From assembly GCA_964405805.1 (NCBI GenBank), contig CAYOPE010000004.1:1-43576 (forward strand): a DNA stretch of 43,576 nt. The letters are read 5' to 3'. Positions 1 to 6,879 of the stretch are shown in pieces. The notes beneath the pieces are model-generated. The model was not told the origin of the DNA and made no database searches. It saw only the letters and a program-made list of their open reading frames with translations. Within the stretch, counting starts at the first letter, position 1. Every line of letters begins with the position of its first letter. Position numbers and translations under genes: made by a program. This stretch comes from an uncultured Candidatus Saccharibacteria bacterium (GTDB lineage Bacteria; Patescibacteriota; Doudnabacteria; UBA920; O2-02-FULL-48-8).

Positions 1-408
1 TGCTAACTCTGTGCCAGCAGCAGCGGTAATACAGAGACCTCAAGCGTTATCCGGAATCATTGGGCGTAAAGCGTACCGATAGGTGGTTTTATAAGTTTTG
101 CCTAAAATCCCGAAGCTTAACTTCGGTCTTGGGTAAAATACTGTAAAACTTGAGGGGCAAAGAGGTGCTTGGAACGAACGGTGTAGTAGTGAAATGCGTT
201 GATATCGTTCGGAACACCGAAAGCGAAGGCAGAGCACTGGGTGCCACCTGACACTGCTAGGACGAAAGCGTGGGGAGCGAATGGGATTAGATACCCCAGT
301 AGTCCACGCTGTAAACGATGAATACTAGGCATGCGCGAGTATCGACCCTCGTGCGAGCCGTAGCTAACGCGTTAAGTATTCCGCCTGGGGAGTACGGTCG
401 CAAGACTA

Positions 409-468
<60 letters not shown>

Positions 469-824
469 GTAAGCGAGGAACCTTACCAGGGTTTGACATG
501 TACCTTCAAGCGCACGGAAACGTGTGATCTTCGAGAGTGGTACACAGGTACTGCACGGTTGTCGTCAGCTCGTGTCGTGTTCACTGAAAACCCCTTTTCA
601 AAAAAGTGGTTTTCAGTACTTTCCGCAAAAAGGATGGCGAAGTAAATTCGCCAGCTCAAGGACGGAAAGCTAATTTCGCGACCTCATGGAGTAATCTGTG
701 AGAAAAATCCAACTATATCGGGGAAACCCTATACTTAGGGCAATCCCGAGGGAAGTCCACTGCTTAATTTGATTAAAAAAGGCCGCACCCGCAGGGGCAC
801 GGCCACAGACGTTCGACTCGATCG

Positions 825-956
825 CTACTCGGCGATGAGACGAGGCACTGGCAGCAGACGCAGCCAGAATCCACGTCTCCAGTCGAAGAAGATTCCGATT
901 TTGAACGGACGTTTGGTCGCGTACAGGTGTACGCCATCGAACATGTGTCTCACCAT
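825..956 (-). CDS. Antisense 43-aa basic/hydrophobic mini-ORF inside the 16S intron (MVRHMFDGVHLYATKRPFKIGIFFDWRRGFWLRLLPVPRLIAE)
   Basis: On the minus strand there is a -35 TTGATT (1010-1005), a 17-nt spacer and an extended -10 TGTTATCAT (-10 at 987-982). SD GAAGGAGGG lies 4 nt before the ATG (956). After the stop there is a GC hairpin (804-781) plus a T6 run (780-775). The segment looks GC-rich, like the other cassettes. Confidence 0.35.
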   Translation of the reverse strand: MVRHMFDGVHLYATKRPFKIGIFFDWRRGFWLRLLPVPRLIAE

Positions 957-1120
957 GATGCCCTCCTTCAATGAGCTCATCATGATAACACAAGCAATTA
1001 GAATAATCAAGATTAAGCATGACCCCCTAGAGACTACACGTTGGCTCCCGAGAAATCGGGATGAAGATATAGTCCGACCTGCTAGGTAACTAGCAGAGCA
1101 TAAAAGAAATTTTATGCCAC

Positions 1121-1225
1121 GTAACAATTTTGAATTCTGAATTTAGAATTTTGAATCAAATTCGAATATTAGAATATTTAATATTCAATCGAAATTCAAA
1201 ATTAAAAATTCGAAATTATTGTTAC
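1121..1225. repeat. AT-rich long imperfect hairpin built of GAATT/AATTC units, near the intron 3' end (peripheral extension)
   Basis: GTAACAAT...ATTGTTAC closes a ~105-nt stretch of reiterated TTTGAATT/AATTCAAA motifs. Confidence 0.6.
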
Positions 1226-1539
1226 GAAGTAACAAATTGGAGATGTTCCCTTAAGTGGGAGAACGAGCGCAACCCCCGTAGTATGTTGATTTTCATACTA
1301 GACTGCCGGCGTTTAAGCTGGAGGAAGGTGGGGATGACGTCAAATCAGCGTGGTCTTTACGCCCTGGGCGACACACGTGCTACAATGCATAGGAACAATG
1401 GGACGCAACATCGCAAGATCGAGCAAATCCTCTCAAAAACTATGCTCAGTTCGGATTGGGGGCTGCAACTCGCCCCCATGAAGCTGGAATCGCTAGTAAC
1501 CGTGAATCAGCCTCGTCACGGTGAATACGTTCTCGGGTT

Positions 1540-1570
<31 letters not shown>

Positions 1571-1758
1571 GGTTAATACCCAAAACTTTCGCAAGAGAGC
1601 TAAGGTAAGAATCATGACTGGGGTGAAGTCGTAACAAGGCATCGGTAGCGGAAGCTGTCGATGGATCACCTCCTTTCTAAGGAGAAAATCTCTAAGGTTT
1701 AACTTAGAGACAATTGTCGATACGTGAAATTTATTCCCAATAAATTGTTTGCAAACTA

Positions 1759-1794
1759 AAACCGGCGGCCCTATTTTTAGGTGCGCCGGTTTTA
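1759..1794 (+). terminator. Hairpin plus U-run about 80 nt after the 16S 3' end
   Basis: ACCGGCGGCCCTA-TTTT-TAGGTGCGCCGGT followed by TTTT. It could alternatively be a processing stem. Confidence 0.5.
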
Positions 1795-1798
1795 AATT

Positions 1799-2467
1799 AT
1801 GTTAATCATTCCTGGTATGGATAAAAAAATTTCTGAACACAAAATTCGCGAGAAAATAGTCGTAGAGTTTTTAACTGATGTAGCAAACGAGGCAAATATA
1901 GTTTTTTATAGAAATGAAAGTGAAAGCTATATAGTCCCATTGAGGATACAACTGATAATTTCTTTCAGCCTTTTAGATTTATTTGCAAATTATTGGTATG
2001 AATATAAAGGGGAAACTGGAACGCAAAGTGGAAGAATGACAAGTTGGTATGATAAATATTGCAGAACATCAGAAAATGAAGTATATGCTTCAGATGACCA
2101 ATGGAAAGATTTAAGTTCTTCCCGATTGTCTGAGTTTCGTAATGCTCTAGTTCATTTTTTTGGTCTTGGAGAAGTAAAACCGAACGATATTTATCTTGCA
2201 CTTGTCTCTAATGATTTGCCTAAGATAGAGATAGAAAGTATGCGAACTAAATTCACGAATGGCGGTCATCCGACTATAATTGTCAAACCAATCGAGTTTC
2301 ATAGCCTCATTAAGAAGGGTGCGATATTGATGCTAGAAGAATGGGCTAATGTTATTAATCAATCGAAAAATAGCCAGACGATAACTTTGCAGTATATAAC
2401 TGCTATTGAAAGGGTATTTAATAAAATCCAAAAAGAAGGGGCAGTCCAAGTACTTAAGAAAAAATAG
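1799..2467 (+). CDS. Hypothetical protein with a HEPN-like Rx4H motif
   Basis: 222-aa AT-rich ORF. SEFRNALVHFFG contains R-N-x3-H, which matches the Rx4-6H HEPN RNase signature. No other family was recognised. Confidence 0.6.
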   Translation: MLIIPGMDKKISEHKIREKIVVEFLTDVANEANIVFYRNESESYIVPLRIQLIISFSLLDLFANYWYEYKGETGTQSGRMTSWYDKYCRTSENEVYASDDQWKDLSSSRLSEFRNALVHFFGLGEVKPNDIYLALVSNDLPKIEIESMRTKFTNGGHPTIIVKPIEFHSLIKKGAILMLEEWANVINQSKNSQTITLQYITAIERVFNKIQKEGAVQVLKKK

Positions 2468-2504
2468 TTTTGCACTTTTATTACTCACGGTATATAGTTT
2501 GATT

Positions 2505-2999
2505 ATGAAATTTTGGGAGAAAGTTAAAAGTTTAAGACTTCAGGATTGGGCAAACCTGATTATAATAATCGGTTTGCCATTAATGGTTTTCACTCTGTAC
2601 GAAAATAGTCTTTCTCAAACTGCAAATTTTGTGCTGGAATTTAACAAAGAACTAAGAAACAACCAGCCCTCCTTTTCTAAATTGATTTATGCAATTGATT
2701 ATAAAAGGCCATTGCTAAGTCCCAAGGGAGATTTTACTACAGAAGATTTAGATAATTTTTTAGTAACTTGGGAAATATTAAATTCGATTTATTCTAATAC
2801 TCATTTCGGTAGGTATATGATCTATGACGCATTTTCATATGATGTTGAAAATGCGTATTGTTATCCTGAAATTCGGGAATATATTAAATCCGCTAAACAG
2901 GATGCTAAAGACCCAGAGGTATATCGTGGATTTGAAGACTTAGCAGAGCATTTTATCAAAATAGATCGAACTGATTGTGCTAAAATCAATGGTGATTAA
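2505..2999 (+). CDS. Hypothetical protein with one N-terminal TM helix
   Basis: ATG 2505 was chosen because it avoids overlap with the upstream gene. The hydrophobic ANLIIIIGLPLMVFTLY segment is followed by a soluble domain. Directly follows the HEPN-like gene on the same strand. Confidence 0.6.
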   Translation: MKFWEKVKSLRLQDWANLIIIIGLPLMVFTLYENSLSQTANFVLEFNKELRNNQPSFSKLIYAIDYKRPLLSPKGDFTTEDLDNFLVTWEILNSIYSNTHFGRYMIYDAFSYDVENAYCYPEIREYIKSAKQDAKDPEVYRGFEDLAEHFIKIDRTDCAKINGD

Positions 3000-3011
3000 G
3001 CAGATAAATTT

Positions 3012-3602
3012 ATGAATCCAGAAATAACAGGAGCTGATACTCGCGACCAAAATCCTATTGAAATTGTGGAGCTTGGTCCAGATAACTGGGAAGTCCTACG
3101 TGATTTGAAGCTTAGGACTCTAGATCAGGAACCGATAGCTATGGAAGATCCTGAACCAGGAAGAAAGCGGATGCTCGAAAGAACTGAAGAAGAATGGAGA
3201 GCTATCATGTCAGGGGAGGTGGTCGGAAAAAAGCCATATGCGAAACGGTACAATAATTTTTTCGCGAAAGATTTAGTAAGCGGAAAGTATGTAGGATTAG
3301 TTCAGGCTGTCGTGTCAGAAGGTCAGTGGGAATATACAAGGCATGCACTTGTGCAAAATATGTTTGTCGATAATGAAGGACACAGAGGGCAGGGCACAGG
3401 CAAGAAATTACTCGGAGCGCTCATCGATGAGATGAAGGCTAGACGTGACATTAAATTTATTGAGCTCAATGTGGTTCTGACACAAGAACCGGCAATCAAT
3501 CTGTACAAAAGTTTCGGTTTCAAACAGATTCGAGATATTTTTAAAGTGAAAAGAGGCGACCAAGAATATGATGAGATGGAAATGAGATTAGAGCTTGAAT
3601 GA
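3012..3602 (+). CDS. GNAT-family N-acetyltransferase
   Basis: Acetyl-CoA motif A HRGQGTGKKLLGALIDEM, and the C-terminal INLYKSFGFK typical of GNAT. Confidence 0.85.
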   Translation: MNPEITGADTRDQNPIEIVELGPDNWEVLRDLKLRTLDQEPIAMEDPEPGRKRMLERTEEEWRAIMSGEVVGKKPYAKRYNNFFAKDLVSGKYVGLVQAVVSEGQWEYTRHALVQNMFVDNEGHRGQGTGKKLLGALIDEMKARRDIKFIELNVVLTQEPAINLYKSFGFKQIRDIFKVKRGDQEYDEMEMRLELE

Positions 3603-3608
3603 TAAAAT

Positions 3609-3629
3609 CCCGCCGAGAGGCGGTTTTTT
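3609..3629 (+). terminator. Intrinsic terminator (CCGCC-GAGA-GGCGG plus T6)
   Basis: 5-bp GC stem, tetraloop and T-run directly after the GNAT stop. Confidence 0.7.
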
Positions 3630-3643
3630 GTTTATTCGATTCG

Positions 3644-3652
3644 TGCTAGAAT
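3644..3652 (+). promoter_or_regulatory. Extended -10 promoter (TGCTAGAAT) of GC-rich cassette A
   Basis: TGnTAGAAT. It is followed by leader hairpin AAACCGC-GTAA-GCGGTTT (3669-3687) and SD AGGAGG. Confidence 0.5.
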
Positions 3653-3705
3653 AATTGAAACAAACATCAAACCGCGTAAGCGGTTTTCTTCGTAGGAGGA
3701 GAGCC

Positions 3706-4080
3706 ATGCTCGTGGCGCTTGTTATCGCAGGACTGTTTGTGGGCGCCGTCATCTACGGCAACTTGATGTACTCACGCGGGGCACGAGTCGAAGGACTCAG
3801 GCAGTCCATCGCGCTCCTCGCTTCCACCGTGGAGCTTTACAACGAAACTCTTCGTAGCTGGATTGCATACGCTGCAACCGAGCGAATTGAGGGCACACCT
3901 CTCCGGATCGAAATGCAGTGGAACGAGCAGATGGACTGGCTACGGAGCATGACTATCGTCATCAGAGATGGGTTCAAAGATCTCCGATACGAAGTCGTGC
4001 TCAAGGATCAGATTGCCAGGTCGCCTGGCGGCACGTTCACGATTGTCGGTGCTTTGGATTTCCAACCGAAATTCGACTAG
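3706..4080 (+). CDS. GC-rich cassette A: hypothetical membrane-anchored protein (124 aa)
   Basis: SD AGGAGG lies 5 nt before ATG 3706. N-terminal TM segment MLVALVIAGLFVGAVIYGNL. Composition looks GC-richer than the flanks. Confidence 0.65.
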   Translation: MLVALVIAGLFVGAVIYGNLMYSRGARVEGLRQSIALLASTVELYNETLRSWIAYAATERIEGTPLRIEMQWNEQMDWLRSMTIVIRDGFKDLRYEVVLKDQIARSPGGTFTIVGALDFQPKFD

Positions 4081-4089
4081 TGCAATCGG

Positions 4090-4136
4090 CAGGTCGTGGG
4101 GCATTCGCTGATGCTCCTGACCTGTCGTTTTTGTTT
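4090..4136 (+). terminator. Conserved cassette 3' hairpin, copy 1
   Basis: CAGGTCGTGGGGCA...CTCCTGACCTG plus TCGTTTTTGTTT. Related to copies at 5707 and 6261. Confidence 0.75.
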
Positions 4137-4137
4137 C

Positions 4138-4146
4138 TGATATAAT
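4138..4146 (+). promoter_or_regulatory. Extended -10 promoter (TGATATAAT) of uppP; leaderless geometry
   Basis: TATAAT is followed by 6 nt (CAATAC) and then ATG 4153. No SD is possible. Confidence 0.55.
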
Positions 4147-4152
4147 CAATAC

Positions 4153-5013
4153 ATGATTACATATTTTCAAGCTGCGATTCTAGGTTTGCTTCAGGGTGCC
4201 TCTGAGCTGTTTCCTATCTCGAGTCTCGGGCACAGTGTGATTTTGCCAAGATTAGTAGGCTGGAACATTCACCAGAACGATGCTTTTTTTCTGACTTTCC
4301 TAGTCGGCACGCATTTGGCCACAGCAGTAGTGCTGTTTTTCTTTTTCTTCAGAGACTGGGTTAGGATTGCTAGAGGAATTTTCGGCTCGATTGCGAAAAG
4401 ACAAATCAGCTCCACAGATCCGTATGCCAGATTGGGTTGGCTTTTAGTTGTGAGCACGATTCCTGCTGGGATTGTGGGTTTGCTGTTAAAAGAAAAAATT
4501 GCGAATCTATTTGCTTCACCAGTTTTAGCTGCGATATTTCTAGCAGTGAATGGACTATTGCTTTATGGCTCGGAAGTTTTGCGCAGGAAAGCCCATGAAA
4601 ATAACGATGAGCAAACTTCAGACCAGCGTCTAGCCAAATTATCATGGATACAAGCTGTGAAAGTCGGACTCATGCAAGTTTTGGCACTCATCCCAGGGCT
4701 CTCGCGCTCTGGCGCGACCATGGCAGGTGGACTTCTGGTCGGACTGTCCCACGAAGACAGCTTGCGTTTCAGTTTTCTTCTAGCAACCCCGATCATCGGG
4801 GCTGCGGCCGTACTTGAGTTGCCAGAATTGTTTGTCGCCTCAAATCGTGGTTTAGTAGGTCCGACTATTTTCGGCGCAGTCTGTGCTGCGGTGACTGCAT
4901 ATCTGGCGGTCAAATTTCTGATAAAATTTTTTCACACAAACAAACTAACCCCGTTTGCGATTTATTGTCTCGCTGCCGGAGTTATCTCTACACTGGTTTT
5001 ATATTTTAGGTAG
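4153..5013 (+). CDS. uppP: Undecaprenyl-diphosphate phosphatase (BacA/UppP)
   Basis: The N-terminal LLQGASELFPISSLGH signature, polytopic membrane profile and length (286 aa) are typical of UppP. Confidence 0.9.
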   Translation: MITYFQAAILGLLQGASELFPISSLGHSVILPRLVGWNIHQNDAFFLTFLVGTHLATAVVLFFFFFRDWVRIARGIFGSIAKRQISSTDPYARLGWLLVVSTIPAGIVGLLLKEKIANLFASPVLAAIFLAVNGLLLYGSEVLRRKAHENNDEQTSDQRLAKLSWIQAVKVGLMQVLALIPGLSRSGATMAGGLLVGLSHEDSLRFSFLLATPIIGAAAVLELPELFVASNRGLVGPTIFGAVCAAVTAYLAVKFLIKFFHTNKLTPFAIYCLAAGVISTLVLYFR

Positions 5014-5236
5014 TAGGCTTTGGGCCAGTCTGAAACCAAGCGTACACAAACAGCGCTATGGCTACCACAAACGATGCAATGCCGTGTTTGATATGAACGT
5101 GGTCAGAGCCAGAGAGGTAGCCTGGGTAGTAGTGCGGCAGACTGCCAGCACCGTGTGTCAGATAGACAATGCCGACGTAAGCGCACGCTAGACCTAAAAT
5201 TACTGCGATCGTGGCGAGAAGTTTATTCATAAGCAA
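5006..5236 (-). CDS. Small membrane protein (2 TM, 76 aa)
   Basis: Two hydrophobic helices flank HYYPGYLSGSDHVHIKHG. A minus-strand extended -10 TGATATAAT lies upstream. Converges on uppP with an 8-nt overlap. Confidence 0.55.
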   Translation of the reverse strand: MLMNKLLATIAVILGLACAYVGIVYLTHGAGSLPHYYPGYLSGSDHVHIKHGIASFVVAIALFVYAWFQTGPKPTT

Positions 5237-5259
5237 AGTTAATTGGTATTATTATATCA

Positions 5260-5268
5260 TGTTATAAT
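5260..5268 (+). promoter_or_regulatory. Extended -10 promoter (TGTTATAAT), back-to-back with the minus-strand promoter of 5006-5236
   Basis: TATAAT is followed by 6 nt (ATATAC) and then ATG 5275. Confidence 0.5.
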
Positions 5269-5274
5269 ATATAC

Positions 5275-5346
5275 ATGTCTGAAAGACGCCATATTTTCAT
5301 AGCTAGTCCTGCAAATATGGTTTTCGCGTATCCCGCCGCCGCGTAG
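5275..5346 (+). CDS. Candidate leaderless 23-codon leader peptide (MSERRHIFIASPANMVFAYPAAA)
   Basis: Same -10 plus 6 nt plus ATG geometry as uppP and PAP2. Its TAG stop lies inside the hairpin at 5333-5350. Confidence 0.3.
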   Translation: MSERRHIFIASPANMVFAYPAAA

Positions 5347-5357
5347 GCGGTTTTTTT
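5333..5357 (+). terminator. Leader hairpin CCGCC-N8-GGCGG plus T7 between the promoter and the SD of cassette B (candidate attenuator)
   Basis: GC stem plus a T7 run, located 18 nt before ATG 5375 and immediately before SD AAGGAGGG. Confidence 0.5.
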
Positions 5358-5374
5358 GTCCCAAGGAGGGAAGG

Positions 5375-5695
5375 ATGCTGCTTCATCTTGACTTGGATGC
5401 GGAAGCAGATGAGAAGTCTGCAACTGCTTCGGATGTCGAGGCTGCGAACCTCGAAGCGTCAGCAAGACTACTAGCCAGCGTGCGTCGGATCTGCTCTCTC
5501 CATCCTCGTGAAGAGCAGGAACTCAGAAATACTGGAGAGTGCATCGTCCGGCACTTCAGCCCAGTCTATTCTGTGAGCGAGGGCGATGCCCTCATCGCTC
5601 AGACCGAAGGGTTGGATGAAATACCCGTGAAGGTAGTCGAGATCATCCAGATCAAAAACAGGCGGAACTTGCGCATACAACTAGTTCCGGTCTGA
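5375..5695 (+). CDS. GC-rich cassette B: hypothetical acidic protein (106 aa)
   Basis: SD AAGGAGGG. Followed by conserved hairpin copy 2. No family recognised. Confidence 0.55.
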   Translation: MLLHLDLDAEADEKSATASDVEAANLEASARLLASVRRICSLHPREEQELRNTGECIVRHFSPVYSVSEGDALIAQTEGLDEIPVKVVEIIQIKNRRNLRIQLVPV

Positions 5696-5706
5696 TTTGA
5701 TCGCGG

Positions 5707-5752
5707 CAGGTCGTGGGGCACTCAGAGCGCTCCCGACCTGTCGTTTTTGTTT
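5707..5752 (+). terminator. Conserved cassette 3' hairpin, copy 2
   Basis: CAGGTCGTGGGGCACTCAGAGCGCTCCCGACCTG plus TCGTTTTTGTTT. Confidence 0.8.
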
Positions 5753-5764
5753 GCCCAACTAGGA

Positions 5765-5793
5765 TTGACGAGCTTGGTTTTTTATGATAAAGT
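5765..5793 (+). promoter_or_regulatory. Sigma70-like promoter of cassette C (TTGACG-17-TAAAGT)
   Basis: The hexamers and the 17-nt spacer were read directly from the sequence. Confidence 0.45.
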
Positions 5794-5820
5794 TTTTAGT
5801 CATCCAAGGAGGAGACACGC

Positions 5821-6240
5821 ATGATCACGAGCACAGACACGATCGCCGAAATGAACGAGCTGTTTGTAGGCAGGAAGGTTCGGATCAGCCACGAAGGTAA
5901 TCCGCGTCTCGAGGATGGCGAGGGCATCTGCAAGCAGTTCCACGTCACCGAGTCCGGTGTCGACATCGAGCTGATAGACGGCCGTCGGTGGGGATTCGTT
6001 CCCGAAAATCTGACGCCTCTGTGGACCGAGGGCCCGGTCGGGGGCTTCATCGCAGGCCGGCGCAAGATCGAACTCGTCGATACGGGTAAGTCGAGAATCG
6101 AGGACCTCGAGGAAGCGACCAGAAGGCTTCACGGGCTCCTGACCGACCCGCATCCGGGCCTGAGCACGTGGCAGGAAGCCCTGCACCGCGCCGGTCAGGA
6201 GCTGTACGATCGGCTGAAGGCCTACGTGCCGAATCCGTAG
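5821..6240 (+). CDS. GC-rich cassette C: hypothetical protein (139 aa)
   Basis: SD AAGGAGGAG lies 7 nt upstream. Followed by conserved hairpin copy 3. The longer antisense ORF 5800-6414 lacks these signals. Confidence 0.6.
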   Translation: MITSTDTIAEMNELFVGRKVRISHEGNPRLEDGEGICKQFHVTESGVDIELIDGRRWGFVPENLTPLWTEGPVGGFIAGRRKIELVDTGKSRIEDLEEATRRLHGLLTDPHPGLSTWQEALHRAGQELYDRLKAYVPNP

Positions 6241-6260
6241 CCTGATTGCTCTAAAGATGA

Positions 6261-6306
6261 CAGGTCGTGGGGCACTCAGAGCGCTCCCGACCTGTCGTTT
6301 TGTTTT
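6261..6306 (+). terminator. Conserved cassette 3' hairpin, copy 3
   Basis: The 34-nt hairpin is identical to copy 2 (identity continues 8 nt into the T-tract). The T-tract reads TCGTTTTGTTTTG. Confidence 0.8.
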
Positions 6307-6345
6307 GACCGCCCATCCCGATTCGTGTATTGTTTTGTAGATCCC

Positions 6346-6386
6346 GGGCCGACTGCCTACGCGCAGTCGGCCCTTGTTGTTTTTTT
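6346..6386 (+). terminator. Second, unrelated strong hairpin plus T-run with no gene in front of it
   Basis: GGGCCGACTGC-CTACGC-GCAGTCGGCCC plus TTGTTGTTTTTTT, 40 nt after copy 3. Confidence 0.6.
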
Positions 6387-6462
6387 GAGGTAAAAATGAA
6401 TCAAGGGTTTCCACGCTTTCACGTATGGAAACCCTTTTGGTATCATGGTCGATGATGTCGAG

Positions 6463-6879
6463 CTAGGCTTTAGTTTTTTTCTTTTTGAGGACTTCAGGCA
6501 TTGGCAGCCGCTCGGGAATCGGAAACTCTGGCAGCGGCCTAATCAATGTGGCGATCCAGGCCACCCCTTCTTCTCCGCCCGTCTGATCGCGGTCCGGAGT
6601 GTGCTTGTATCCCTGATCAGTCAGCCATAGGAGAACCTGCTCGCCGACTTTTTTCGCTTCTGCGCTGAGGTTGTCGACAGTACTGCAGTACTCGCAGACG
6701 ATGGAGCGATCCGTGCGATCTTGATCTCCACGAACGCGGAGAGCGATGTCGACGTTGTTCCAGACCCGGAAGATCGAGACCTCGAGTAACTGTTCCCAGG
6801 TCCAGATGCCGGTTCGATATTTCTCTAAATCCCTGGTCCAGGCCTTTGCTTCCAGCTGGCGCTTCTTACTCAGGCCCAT
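6463..6879 (-). CDS. GC-rich cassette D: hypothetical protein (138 aa)
   Basis: Minus-strand SD AAGGAGGAA before the ATG, and an extended -10 TGATACTAT upstream. Hairpin 6403-6436 lies downstream. Confidence 0.6.
   Translation of the reverse strand: MGLSKKRQLEAKAWTRDLEKYRTGIWTWEQLLEVSIFRVWNNVDIALRVRGDQDRTDRSIVCEYCSTVDNLSAEAKKVGEQVLLWLTDQGYKHTPDRDQTGGEEGVAWIATLIRPLPEFPIPERLPMPEVLKKKKTKA

Larger units (their letters stand above)
579..1239 (+). mobile_element. Group I self-splicing intron inside the 16S rRNA (helix 35/36 region, about E. coli position 1070s); no recognisable homing endonuclease
   Basis: The exon breaks after GTGTCGT (578) and resumes at GAGATGTT (1240), which restores the universal GTGTCGTGAGATGTT. 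The 5' exon ends in U and the intron ends in G. The core holds AGACTA...AAGATATAGTCCGACC (the P7/J8-7 hallmark, as in the Tetrahymena intron) and GNRA-capped hairpins GGCGAAGTAAATTCGCC, TCCCGAGAAATCGGGA and CTGCTAGGTAACTAGCAG. Confidence 0.85.

Noticed and set aside
670-1127. Intron ORFs 670-1020(-), 769-1089(+) and the full-length 825-1127(-) considered as homing endonuclease candidates
   Set aside because: No LAGLIDADG, GIY-YIG, HNH or His-Cys box motifs are visible, and they overlap the conserved P7 core. Only the short SD-preceded 825-956(-) portion has expression signals.
4269-4913. Minus-strand ORFs inside uppP (4269-4457, 4406-4645, 4563-4913), and similar antisense ORFs inside pilB, pilT, pilC, pilD and ligA
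   Set aside because: They are embedded antisense in confidently identified genes and have no independent signals.
4090-6306. Interpretation of the three conserved 3' hairpins as integron attC sites
   Set aside because: They have bulged bases and an imperfect-palindrome architecture. However, I find no GTTRRRY/RYYYAAC core sites, no intI gene and no attI. The T-rich tails fit intrinsic terminators better. The idea is kept only as a remote possibility.
5800-6414. 204-aa minus-strand ORF overlapping cassette C
   Set aside because: It is the kind of long antisense ORF expected in GC-rich DNA. It has no SD and runs through two + strand terminators. The + strand ORF 5821-6240 has an SD, a promoter and a terminator.
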